Shown: positions 41,709-51,034 of the stretch, piece after piece
Layout of the letters: every line of letters begins with the position of its first letter
How positions within the stretch are numbered: position 1 is the first letter of the stretch
From: Abditibacteriaceae bacterium
GTDB lineage: Bacteria; Armatimonadota; Abditibacteriia; Abditibacteriales; Abditibacteriaceae
Assembly (NCBI GenBank): GCA_965277285.1
Contig: OZ255721.1
Span: 1,696,001 to 1,760,000, forward strand
Length of the DNA stretch: 64,000 bases
Reading direction: 5' to 3'
The notes under the pieces: model-generated
Databases searched by the model: none
Seen by the model: only the letters and a program-made list of their open reading frames with translations
Told to the model about the DNA's origin: nothing
Translations under genes and position numbers: made by a program

Positions 41709-42548
41709 ATGCGTTTCGCCGTCATCTCCGATATTCATTCCAATCTGCCCGCTTTGCTGGCCGTTGACGAAGACCTGAAAACAATTCGTCCCGATTTCGT
41801 CATCGTGGCGGGCGATTTCATCAATCGTGGGCCGCAACCGCGCGAAGTGCTGGCGTTTCTGCTGGAAAAAGGTTGGCCTTTGTTGCGCGGCAATCACGAA
41901 GATTATGTGATCGCGCAATGTGAAGGTTTCGCGCCGGACGACATTCGCGCCAATCCCGTCTGGCGACCCGCGCAGTGGACAGCCGAGCAATTGAACAAAG
42001 ACGACAGCGCCATCAAAACTTTGCCGCTGACCATGACGCTGGAAGCACCGCACTCCAATCGAGTACTCGAAAACAAGATTTTGATCGCGCACGGTACGCC
42101 ACAAGTCAACAACGACGGCGTTTTCGAGAAGACAACCGACGGCGAACTGCGCCAAATGCTGCGCGACAATCCGCCATCGCTCTTCATCTGCGCGCACACG
42201 CACGTCGCGCTGATTCGTGAAATCGACGCGGCTTTGGTCGTCAACGTCGGCGCCGTCGGCCTGCCCTTCAACGGCGATCCGCGCGCGCAATACGGCGTTT
42301 TTACGTGGGAAAATAACGCGTGGAAGGCTGAACTACGCAAGCTGGAATACGACCGAGCCGCAACATATCGCGCCTTTGAAACGGGCGGTTTTTTGGAAGA
42401 TGGTGGCCCACTGGCGCGCGTCATCATGCACGAAGTCGAAACCGCCAGGCCGCATTTGGGGCCATGGGTTCGCCAGTTTTCCGAAAGTGTTCGCGGCGGT
42501 AAAATGACGGTTGCACAAGCGACTGAGGAATACTTTAAGAGCTTGTGA
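41709..42548 (+). CDS. metallophosphoesterase
   Basis: SDIHSN, GDFINRGP, RGNHE, AHG, AHTH, NVGAVG. Confidence 0.92.
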   Translation: MRFAVISDIHSNLPALLAVDEDLKTIRPDFVIVAGDFINRGPQPREVLAFLLEKGWPLLRGNHEDYVIAQCEGFAPDDIRANPVWRPAQWTAEQLNKDDSAIKTLPLTMTLEAPHSNRVLENKILIAHGTPQVNNDGVFEKTTDGELRQMLRDNPPSLFICAHTHVALIREIDAALVVNVGAVGLPFNGDPRAQYGVFTWENNAWKAELRKLEYDRAATYRAFETGGFLEDGGPLARVIMHEVETARPHLGPWVRQFSESVRGGKMTVAQATEEYFKSL

Positions 42549-42600
42549 TGACCGAAACGCAGATTGAGGCGGTCGGATGCAGCGCCGTGTTGTGTCGACA

Positions 42601-43209
42601 TTAATCGGTTCGATGTGCTTCGACAGTAGTTGCAACCACGTATGAATCTGCAACTATGAGAACAATGATTTTGCCTGGCTCGACCACTGGCTTACCTTCT
42701 CCATAAAGAAGTGGCCGCGACGTTTTGAAGCCATGCTTTTGCATGGTGTCTTGGTAAATGCCAATGAGAGGCTCTGGCCCATCAGCTAATTTGCCATAAC
42801 CGCCAGCTATCAAATCTTCTAAATTATGAGAATAATTAACGAACCGTGAGAAAGGAAACCATTTACCCACCAGCTTTTGATGAGCTTGCCACAACTCACC
42901 AACAACACCTATTGCAGATTCGTTTGAACTGTTGAACCACAAAGTAAAATGTGGCTTAATGTACGGCCAAAGCAAAATATGATTGTCGGTTACTTCGATA
43001 TAACTTCCCCAGCCAAACTTAATCTTATGTTCGCGTTCTGACCGGCACACAAGGCTCCACTTCTGTCTGGCATCATCGCCTCCGGTGTTTACCTCGATAA
43101 GGATTTCTAAATCTTCGTTGTCATTTTGCCAAGCGGCACCAATGACACAGATACCGCCGTTTTCCTCATAATCCAATGTTGCGGTCAATTTGAGCAGTTC
43201 TTCTAACAT
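42601..43209 (-). CDS. hypothetical protein, AT-rich, gene-cassette-like
   Basis: About 202-aa ORF from ATG at 43209 with attC-like flanks. Confidence 0.7.
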   Translation of the reverse strand: MLEELLKLTATLDYEENGGICVIGAAWQNDNEDLEILIEVNTGGDDARQKWSLVCRSEREHKIKFGWGSYIEVTDNHILLWPYIKPHFTLWFNSSNESAIGVVGELWQAHQKLVGKWFPFSRFVNYSHNLEDLIAGGYGKLADGPEPLIGIYQDTMQKHGFKTSRPLLYGEGKPVVEPGKIIVLIVADSYVVATTVEAHRTD

Positions 43210-43239
43210 GGATTTTATTATGACGAATTCAACCAAGCC

Positions 43240-43358
43240 GCGCGTAGGTACAACGACCAAGCTCATGCGCTGCAAGCCCGAATTGAAGCAAGGCACAAGT
43301 GAAACGTAGGGACGTAGGCAGTCGAGTACATCGCCGCGTTAATTTGCTGTTAATGCAC
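43240..43358 (-). other. degenerate attC-like site
   Basis: Minus strand begins GCATTAAC just after the upstream stop and ends GAGCTTGGTCGTTGTAC. Confidence 0.4.
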
Positions 43359-43360
43359 CA

Positions 43361-43870
43361 TTAGCCTGCTTTAGCCCAACGGATGCGTCTCAAATCAATG
43401 CTAATTGAGAACAATGGTTCATCATCACCATGGACTTTGCAGGTTCTAAAATAAAAAGTCTGTTTGCCGCAATATATATAACGACCCATACATTTACCAT
43501 CAGATCGATAATTAAAGCCCGAACGGAACTCACCATTTTGCCCTGACTTGGCTAACATTAACAGTTCTCCAAATGTCTTTGATTTCCGGTCAAGTAACAA
43601 TTCCGCTGGTGGCTCTCCAGTCACCATATCATCAGCTTCAATTTCTCTCAATATAACTCGCCTTGCAGCCCCGACTGATGGTGCCCAATAAAACTGGCTT
43701 ACAAATGGGCCACCAACTGTCTCTCCTTTATAATCTTTGACAGCGTGTGCAAATACAGAATCAGCAATTTGATAAAAGTTAGGGGTAATTTCGATTGGAT
43801 CAAAACCAAGCTCGTGCAACGACGAGTACTCACTAACCCCAAACAATTTTTTCCAATTGATATTTTGCAT
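43361..43870 (-). CDS. hypothetical protein, AT-rich, gene-cassette-like
   Basis: 169-aa ORF with atypical composition. Confidence 0.7.
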   Translation of the reverse strand: MQNINWKKLFGVSEYSSLHELGFDPIEITPNFYQIADSVFAHAVKDYKGETVGGPFVSQFYWAPSVGAARRVILREIEADDMVTGEPPAELLLDRKSKTFGELLMLAKSGQNGEFRSGFNYRSDGKCMGRYIYCGKQTFYFRTCKVHGDDEPLFSISIDLRRIRWAKAG

Positions 43871-44097
43871 GATTCACTATTATAGGTTCATTCCACGTAC
43901 TTACACAGCAAGCTAACTATGTCCTATACCGCAAAGTCGTTCCGCTTAAATGCGTGGCTTACGCCTATTATTATGTCGCAAAATGAATTGCGAACACTAC
44001 CACAAGCCTTTCCAATTGACAAACTTTCAGTTTCGAGTACTCAATCCGACTTTGCTCTTCCGCGTCCTTCACGCTCTATCCCCGTTAAACTTCCGGC

Positions 44098-45093
44098 GTG
44101 CCGATTTTTCTTTCCGATTCCCAAAACATTCAACGCGCCGCCCAGCTTCTGCGCAATGGCGAACTGGTCGCGTTTCCAACCGAAACGGTTTATGGTTTGG
44201 GCGCTAATGCGCTTGATGCGAACGCTGTGCAGAAGATTTTCGCGGCCAAAGAACGACCAAGTTATAATCCGTTGATCGTTCATGTTCTCGATGTAGAAAG
44301 TGCGCAGAAACTTGTCACGGTTTGGCCGCAGCAAGCGCAACTTTTGGCCGAACGTTTTTGGCCAGGCGCTTTGACTTTTGTGTTGCCCAAACGCCCAATC
44401 GTGCCCGATATTGTGACGGCATCGTTGGGAAGTGTCGCGGTGCGTTCGCCGTCGCATGTGGTGGCGCGCGCTCTATTGCAAGCGTCGAAATTGCCAATTG
44501 CGGCGCCGAGCGCCAACAAGTTCACCCAACTTTCGCCAACGACAGCGACGCATGTCGAAGCCGCGCTGGGCGAACGCGTGACGATGATTTTGGATGGCGG
44601 CGATTGCGATTGCGGCATCGAATCAACCGTGCTCGATTTGACGGGCGACGTTCCGGTTCTGCTGCGTCCAGGAACGATTACGCGCGCGCAAATTGAAGAA
44701 GTTGTCGGAAAAATCAGGTTGCGCGACGAAATCGAGTACTCGAAAGACGACGCCACGCCGCGACTTTCGCCTGGCTTGATCGAACGCCATTACGCGCCGC
44801 GCGCGACGTTGAAAACATTTCAAAATGCAGTTGAATTGTCGCATCTGGTTGCGCAATCTGGCGAAGTTATAACTGGCGCGTTGTTGCTCAATAGGGGAAG
44901 CGGCGCGATTAAACATCCGATTACAATGCCGCGCAATGCCGATGATTACGCGCGCAAATTGTATCGCGCCTTGCACGATTTGGATGAGCTGGGTTGCCGT
45001 GTCGTTTTCGTGGAGGAAGTGCCGCGCGAAGCTGTTTGGGACGGCGTCCGCGACCGCTTGAAGCGCGCTTCGACGCCCGCTAAAAGCTCGTAA
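44098..45093 (+). CDS. threonylcarbamoyl-AMP synthase (Sua5/TsaC)
   Basis: VAFPTETVYGLGA, NPLIVH, IAAPSANKF, GIESTVLD, HYAP. Confidence 0.95.
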   Translation: MPIFLSDSQNIQRAAQLLRNGELVAFPTETVYGLGANALDANAVQKIFAAKERPSYNPLIVHVLDVESAQKLVTVWPQQAQLLAERFWPGALTFVLPKRPIVPDIVTASLGSVAVRSPSHVVARALLQASKLPIAAPSANKFTQLSPTTATHVEAALGERVTMILDGGDCDCGIESTVLDLTGDVPVLLRPGTITRAQIEEVVGKIRLRDEIEYSKDDATPRLSPGLIERHYAPRATLKTFQNAVELSHLVAQSGEVITGALLLNRGSGAIKHPITMPRNADDYARKLYRALHDLDELGCRVVFVEEVPREAVWDGVRDRLKRASTPAKSS

Positions 45094-45168
45094 ACAGATA
45101 CGAAAACCGCTAAGCGTCCCGCTTCGAGTACTCGAAATAGGACGCTTTACTTGATTGATGTTCTGTGG

Positions 45169-46386
45169 CTATTGTGGCGCTTCGGTGTGAGTGTCAGCGC
45201 GTTTTTTTGATGTTGTCGCTGCTTTATTGTGCAGCCATCGCCGCGCCTGACGCACCGTTTTCGTCCATGCGCAAAGTGGCAATTGCCAGATGTAACGCAC
45301 TTTCCACAAGCGCCGTAGGTAATCAGTAAAGGAAATTATTCCTAACGTGCCTGCGTTTAGATTTTTTAGGCGCGAGAACTCGCGATAGCGCAGCCACAAC
45401 GCCAGCAAAGGACTGCGAGCTTCGCGTCGTTGCAACCCCGCTTTATACTCTAAGCGATCAAGGCGCAAAACCGGCAAGGCATCTATTGCCGCGATGACCT
45501 CGGCAGGAATCGGTACGTCCATTTTCTCGCTCAGGTAATGCAGCGCATCGCCGAGAGGCAAGTTTAAGCGCCGTTTGCGCGCGTGATCCACTAAACGATT
45601 CCAGTCGATATTTTCACTGGCGCGCAGTATAAGAATGACATCAGCGACCCAGTGCAGAGGCGCGACGCTGTTCCATTGAACACCATCAATGCAAGCATGG
45701 AAAATCTGGTCGGTCGGGTTCAAAGCCAGCGTTTGGACGTCGTTCACGCACGCGAGCACAGCGCCTTCCCAGAAGATGTCGTCGTCATGTGGCGCGCAAC
45801 ATTGCCGCAGAAGATGCAGATGCAAATTGAAGGATTGCTCGCGTTCGTTGATAAAAGGCTGCGCGAACACAGAATTCAAGGATTTTCCGTCGATCAGAAC
45901 GGGCGCCTCATTTTCCTGACCGCGCGTATCCGGCTTCCAGCCCCAACTTTTTAACAATTCCACGGTGCGTGCCGCTTGCGAAGTCGGCACCATCAAGTCG
46001 AAATCGTTCATCGGACGCCAACTAATTTCTTGATAATGCAACGCAATCAGCGCCGCACCCTTCAAAATCATAGTTTGAATTCCCGCATTCTGCAATTGTT
46101 GCAAAACGGTGGCGGCACACGCGAACAACATCTGATTGTGATACCACGTATGGCGCATCACGCTTTTGAAACGTGCCATCAGCGGATCATCAATGCCTTG
46201 CGCCTTCAAATTCGCGTTAAGCAACGGCAGCAAACGCATCGAACCATAATCGACGCACTCGACATCGACCTGATTTTTCCACTGCTGCCAGGCCGCCAAA
46301 CCTTCGGCGTTACGCCACAAAGCGGCGCGCAATAACAATTCTTGCTCATTTGTCGGCCAGCAGCCGCCTACATTCTCCGCCGTCAT
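45169..46386 (-). CDS. nucleotidyltransferase family protein (NTP_transf_5-like)
   Basis: ILKGAAL...RPMNDFDLMV, LHLHL, WVADV. Confidence 0.85.
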   Translation of the reverse strand: MTAENVGGCWPTNEQELLLRAALWRNAEGLAAWQQWKNQVDVECVDYGSMRLLPLLNANLKAQGIDDPLMARFKSVMRHTWYHNQMLFACAATVLQQLQNAGIQTMILKGAALIALHYQEISWRPMNDFDLMVPTSQAARTVELLKSWGWKPDTRGQENEAPVLIDGKSLNSVFAQPFINEREQSFNLHLHLLRQCCAPHDDDIFWEGAVLACVNDVQTLALNPTDQIFHACIDGVQWNSVAPLHWVADVILILRASENIDWNRLVDHARKRRLNLPLGDALHYLSEKMDVPIPAEVIAAIDALPVLRLDRLEYKAGLQRREARSPLLALWLRYREFSRLKNLNAGTLGIISFTDYLRRLWKVRYIWQLPLCAWTKTVRQARRWLHNKAATTSKKRADTHTEAPQ

Positions 46387-46733
46387 CGACTTCTCCCGTC
46401 GCAGGTTAACCATTCTTTGACATTGTTTAGTTTTTCATCAACACGCTCTTCATCATCTTCTGTCATGTTTTTCGTCATTCGAGTACTCGAACGTCACAAT
46501 GTTGCCAGTGATGAGCGAAACACGTTGCGAGTGTTGCGTTCCAACGCCAAGCATGGCACCTTTGCCGGACACGTGCAAAGTCTATAATTCACTGTGTCCG
46601 GCAGCTAAAAATTGTGCCCAACGTCAGCACGACAAACTTTGCGCGGTGCGACAGTGAACCAAAATCGTTCGTGTCAAATCGTGATAGAAGGTCGGGTAAT
46701 CGCTTCAATTGCAAAGCTCAAAAGATCGGTTTC

Positions 46734-47429
46734 TTACTCCGTGCGGTTCTTTTGTCGTTGAATTGAGCGATGTAGAGCGCGCAAAATGTTCTGGTTGTTT
46801 TCGGGTGCATTGAGCGACGTATTGGTGTCGTGAACGCGCTTGTGCAAAAGCGTTTCTTCGACAACCCAAACGGGCAACGCGAAGTCTTTGGCGCGTGCGA
46901 ACCAATCGACATCTTCACCAATAGTCAACGACGCATCGAAAAGTCCGATTTTTTCAAACGCTGACCGGCGCACGACCAGAGTTTCCATAATGGGCGCGAG
47001 ATGTTCGCCTTGCAAAAGTTCAGGACGAAAGCCAGCGGGAATGGCATGACCTTCTTCCAGGAAAAACCGCGCCCGCGCATACGAGTACTCGATATGCGGT
47101 TGTTCGAGCATCGGCACGACCTGACGCGAGAATTTGTTCGTCGTCCACAAATCGTCATGGGACAGAAAGGCTAACAAATCGCATTTCGCGTTCTGCACGC
47201 CGCAATTATAAGCATCGGAAACGGTGTTCCCTTCTTGCGACACAACGCGCACCAGGGGAAAAGACGACGCGATTTCGCGCGTGCTGTCGGTTGAATGTCC
47301 GTCCACCACGATGATTTCTTGCGGCGCAGCGTCTTGCTGCAGAACACTTTGAAGGGCTTGCGCGAGAAAGCGTTCGCCATTTCTGACCGCGACAATAACG
47401 CTGACAGGAAGAGTTTTTGGAAACATCAA
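46734..47429 (-). CDS. glycosyltransferase family 2
   Basis: VSVIVAVRNG, VVDGHSTD, FLSHDDLW, GEDVDWF. Confidence 0.9.
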   Translation of the reverse strand: MMFPKTLPVSVIVAVRNGERFLAQALQSVLQQDAAPQEIIVVDGHSTDSTREIASSFPLVRVVSQEGNTVSDAYNCGVQNAKCDLLAFLSHDDLWTTNKFSRQVVPMLEQPHIEYSYARARFFLEEGHAIPAGFRPELLQGEHLAPIMETLVVRRSAFEKIGLFDASLTIGEDVDWFARAKDFALPVWVVEETLLHKRVHDTNTSLNAPENNQNILRALHRSIQRQKNRTE

Positions 47430-47504
47430 AGAGGGAAAGTTTGTGTAGTTAATTCAGATTTCTGTAATGGCTCAGGTGGTGAGATAAATCGAACCTGTCC
47501 AAGA

Positions 47505-47587
47505 AGAACCCCAAGCATCAGCGACGGGTGAAACGTAAAAGTTCATTCATTTGTTACGTTTCACCCGTCGCTGACGCTCGAGGTCCT
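47505..47587. repeat. REP-like inverted repeat, family A
   Basis: GAACCCCAAGCATCAGCGACGGGTGAAACGTAA...TTACGTTTCACCCGTCGCTGACGCT. Confidence 0.8.
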
Positions 47588-47699
47588 TTCCATCAGCCTA
47601 TTCTATGAACTGCCGCGTGATTGGCGCACCGATTCCTTGATGCACAGCCTGAAACTTGCCAGATATTTTAATTTACAGCCGTGGTGCAAATAGATTGTA

Positions 47700-47796
47700 A
47701 CAGGCTTCCATAACTTTGCCCCTGTCACAAAGCGGCGCGCAATAACAATTTCTGTTGTGCATTGGGCGCACAGTCACTTTCTTCCGTTTGGATCAC
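47700..47796 (-). pseudogene. N-terminal remnant of a second nucleotidyltransferase
   Basis: CAPNAQQKLLLRAAL* versus CWPTNEQELLLRAALW in the intact gene; 25 nt identical (47726-47750 vs 46316-46340). Confidence 0.6.
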
Positions 47797-48530
47797 AAAG
47801 TCACTTCTTCGCCCGTCATTTGAGTACTCGACGTTGGTTGTACTATCGACTGTTGGCGACGACGGTCGAGCGAAGCTTTGACGATGCGTACATAATCGAG
47901 ATGAAATTGCCGTTTTGTCACGCCTTGATTTGTCGCGTGAACACGCCGATGCAACACGACTTGTGGCAAAACTTGGTGCGTCAGGCCGAGTTCGGTGGCG
48001 CGCGCGAACCAGTCGATGAACTCGCCAATTTGCCACGAAGTCTCGAAAAATCCCACGCGCAAAAAATCCGCCCGGCGCAGTATCATGGCGCTGGGCAAAA
48101 AAGCGGGCAGCGTTTCTTCGGGCACATGCGCCGTTGTTTCGCGCGCATCAATTTCCGGGCTGAGAAATTGTTCGACATAGCCTAAAACGATGTTCGAGCC
48201 GCCATTTTGCAACGCCTGAAGTTGCAAATGTAGTTTGTCGCCCATCCACAAATCGTCCGCATCGAGAAAAGCCAGATACTTGCCTCGCGCCTGCTGCACG
48301 CCATTGTTGCGCGCGCTGGCCGCACCATTCTGCACTTGATACGAGTACTCGATGTCGTCGAACTGCGTTGCAACACGCGCCGTTTCGTCCGTCGAGCCGT
48401 CGTCGATGACAATGATTTGCAAGTTGCCGTAGTTTTGCGCGCGCACGCTTTCCAATGCCGCACCCAGGTAGCGCACGCCGTTGTGAACTGGAACGATCAC
48501 GCTGACCAAGGGCTGAGAATCAAGTGTCAT
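47793..48530 (-). CDS. glycosyltransferase family 2
   Basis: VSVIVPVHNG, IDDGSTD, AFLDADDLW. Confidence 0.92.
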   Translation of the reverse strand: MTLDSQPLVSVIVPVHNGVRYLGAALESVRAQNYGNLQIIVIDDGSTDETARVATQFDDIEYSYQVQNGAASARNNGVQQARGKYLAFLDADDLWMGDKLHLQLQALQNGGSNIVLGYVEQFLSPEIDARETTAHVPEETLPAFLPSAMILRRADFLRVGFFETSWQIGEFIDWFARATELGLTHQVLPQVVLHRRVHATNQGVTKRQFHLDYVRIVKASLDRRRQQSIVQPTSSTQMTGEEVTL

Positions 48531-49665
48531 GGCGCTGTTGATGTTGTAAAAAATCCTCGATAAACGGCAAAACCGCGTTTCGCTTCGACCCTAAATCCAG
48601 TGTGTAAGACGGCACGCGCCTGACCAGAGCCGAAAGCCAGTCGAAGGTTTCGCGCCCGGCGTTTGGCAACTGAAAAATCGTGCTCGGCGCCAAAGCAAGT
48701 AACGCTTGCGCGCGGCTCAAAGGCTGCATTCGCGGCGCGCCTTCGTTTGTAACACGAGGCAACAAAATCGCGCGAATCGGGAAGCCTTCGCTTAATTTAT
48801 GCTTCCACAAAGGGCTGAAGAAAAACAACGCCTTCTCGTTCATCATGGTCGCTTCGTTACTCAAAGACGGTTTCAAATGCGGAAAATGCTTCGCGTCCTC
48901 GCCATGAACTTTGCCTGATGAATATAAGCTCCAAGCGCGAAATTCACCGGCCTCGTCCGACAACAGGCAATAATCGTCGGCGGCGTACAGTAAATTGGAA
49001 GTGAAAGTTTGCAACGCCGTGGATGATTTGCCCGAACCGCCGCGCCCGATCAGCAGAACACCGCCCTGCTCGTTTCCGATAGCCGCCGCATGCACCAGAC
49101 GACGATTTTGCGTGGTCATCCAAGCGTGAAAAATCGGCAGCAGAGGCGCACCGCTTTCATAATAAGGCAGTTCGCGCGCGTCACGAATCCACGATATCGC
49201 GCGCTTGCGCTCCAAATCGAGCAACGTCAAAACGCCCGAACCCATGTGAAAAGTCGTGCGAAATCGTTGGTCGCTCCAACCGCGCACTTCATTGCGGATC
49301 GAGTACTCGGAATTGTGCCATGGCGTGCTGGGCATCTCAATGCCACTCGAAGTCGAGTCCCAAAGACAAACGGTGAGCGCCTCGTCATCAGGAGAAAACG
49401 GCTCGACGCTTTTATGTCGCAAAGCGGGCGTTAATCGTTGTGCCAGAACTTCGCTGGCAAAACGGAGTTGAAACTTCTGGCCCGCGATGCGATAAAAGAA
49501 TTGCGAATCTGGGCCGCGAGCTTCGGCTTGCTCAAAAAGGTTTTCGACTTGCGTGAAAAATTCATGCGGCGATAGCCCACTGCCGAGAAACGAAGGTTCG
49601 TCCATCGGCGAAGGCACTGCAGCAGCAGCGAAAAAACGCGAAGGAAGAATGGGCATGAATGACAA
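48520..49665 (-). CDS. HPr kinase-like P-loop protein (serine kinase)
   Basis: LVHAAAI...LLIGRGGSGKSSTAL...YAADDYCLL. Confidence 0.85.
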   Translation of the reverse strand: MSFMPILPSRFFAAAAVPSPMDEPSFLGSGLSPHEFFTQVENLFEQAEARGPDSQFFYRIAGQKFQLRFASEVLAQRLTPALRHKSVEPFSPDDEALTVCLWDSTSSGIEMPSTPWHNSEYSIRNEVRGWSDQRFRTTFHMGSGVLTLLDLERKRAISWIRDARELPYYESGAPLLPIFHAWMTTQNRRLVHAAAIGNEQGGVLLIGRGGSGKSSTALQTFTSNLLYAADDYCLLSDEAGEFRAWSLYSSGKVHGEDAKHFPHLKPSLSNEATMMNEKALFFFSPLWKHKLSEGFPIRAILLPRVTNEGAPRMQPLSRAQALLALAPSTIFQLPNAGRETFDWLSALVRRVPSYTLDLGSKRNAVLPFIEDFLQHQQRHDT

Positions 49666-50148
49666 TTATGGCGCCACTGGCGATTTCTCGCGGATCGCCT
49701 TGACGTTAGGCCAGCCCGCTTCATCGACTTCATGGATCGGATCAAGCATCAACAAAGCCTGCATATCGGTGAACTTTTGCAGTTGTGGTCGCACAAAAGC
49801 ACCGCGCTTTTGCACCGATTCTTCGCTTTTCGAGTACTCAATATTGTCATCGAGCGAATCGTTTTCGGACGCGGCGACTTGCGAAAGAAGTTCTTCGTCT
49901 TGCAGCTTTTGCAAAAAGGCGTCAGTTTCGCGCTGGATTTCGTCGCGTTCGGCTTCATAGAGCGCGGTCAGTTGCGTCGCAATTTGCTGAACCGAAGCGC
50001 CATTCAAAGCGAGATTCCAAATATCGGTGCCCGCGCCACCCAAACTGTAGTAGGTGCCCGCGCTTAAATTGACAATGACCACTTCATCATCGAAAGTTTC
50101 CTGAATAATTTGCGCGTGATTGGTTTTGAAACGTGTGGATTGATCCAT
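49666..50148 (-). CDS. PqqD family (RiPP recognition element) protein with C-terminal peptide tail
   Basis: ETFDDEVVIVNLSAGTYYSLGGAGTDIW...FLQKLQDEELL; RBS GAGGAAG. Confidence 0.85.
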   Translation of the reverse strand: MDQSTRFKTNHAQIIQETFDDEVVIVNLSAGTYYSLGGAGTDIWNLALNGASVQQIATQLTALYEAERDEIQRETDAFLQKLQDEELLSQVAASENDSLDDNIEYSKSEESVQKRGAFVRPQLQKFTDMQALLMLDPIHEVDEAGWPNVKAIREKSPVAP

Positions 50149-50266
50149 TGCGACTTCCTCAGTTGACATCTTTATCATTATACCAGTATCACGTTTCGCG
50201 TCTATCTCAAAGGTTAAAACACTTGGTGATAGTGCGATTTTACACGCGTCCTCGAAATTTATGTGC

Positions 50267-50986
50267 TTAATCAGAATGTTGAAGTGGCGGTAAATCGGGC
50301 ATGGGCGCGACTTCAATGGCACTTTGAATCGCACCGCGCCGACGCCGATCCAACGAGCGCTTCAGCGCATAAACAACATCCAGTTCCTTGAATGTTTTTC
50401 CGTTAGTCATATTGGCGCCATGTAAATAATAAATGAGCGTCGTTTCTTGAAGCCGCAACAACTCGATGCCACGCTCGCGGGTTTGCAAAAACCAATCGGT
50501 GTCTTCGCTAAAGCGCAGCGTTTCGTCGAATAAACCCACTTTGTCGAATACGCGCCGCCGGTAAAGCGCCGCGCCAATGAGAAACGCGACAAAAGGCTCG
50601 GTTAATTCGTCTTCGAGTACTCGAAAGACCTGCACGCGCCCCAAAACCATGTCGAGTTGCGAATTATTTTGCAGATGCTCCAGACGCAAAGCGAGCGAAC
50701 CGCCCGGCCACAAATCGTCGACATCCAGAAACGCGAGAATGTCGCTTTGCGCCGCGCGGATGCCAACGTTGCGCGCCGCCGCTGGCCCCGCGTTGATTTG
50801 AGAAATCACGCGCACACCCAAAAAACCAGCCGCAATCTGCGCTGAATCATCCGTCGAGCCGTCATCGACGACGATAAATTCCGTCTGTGGCGGACATTCG
50901 CGCTGAATACAATCGAGCGCACGCGGCAAAAACTTCGCGCCATTATAAATCGGCACAATCACGCTCAGAACAGGATTTTCATTCAT
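50267..50986 (-). CDS. glycosyltransferase family 2
   Basis: LSVIVPIYNG, VDDGSTD, GPAAARN, FLDVDDLW, SEDTDWF. Confidence 0.92.
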   Translation of the reverse strand: MNENPVLSVIVPIYNGAKFLPRALDCIQRECPPQTEFIVVDDGSTDDSAQIAAGFLGVRVISQINAGPAAARNVGIRAAQSDILAFLDVDDLWPGGSLALRLEHLQNNSQLDMVLGRVQVFRVLEDELTEPFVAFLIGAALYRRRVFDKVGLFDETLRFSEDTDWFLQTRERGIELLRLQETTLIYYLHGANMTNGKTFKELDVVYALKRSLDRRRRGAIQSAIEVAPMPDLPPLQHSD

Positions 50987-51034
50987 TCGAGTACTCGATT
51001 TGCGGGAAAATTAACGTTTCAAAGCTGCCTCTGA

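Noticed and set aside
41094..42290. 398-aa ORF as listed in the ORF track
   Set aside because: Its N-terminal part is antisense to the metallophosphoesterase; the real gene starts at 41609 with an RBS.
45169..50986. Complete lasso peptide gene cluster
   Set aside because: No asparagine-synthetase-like cyclase, transglutaminase-like peptidase or canonical precursor is present in the window.
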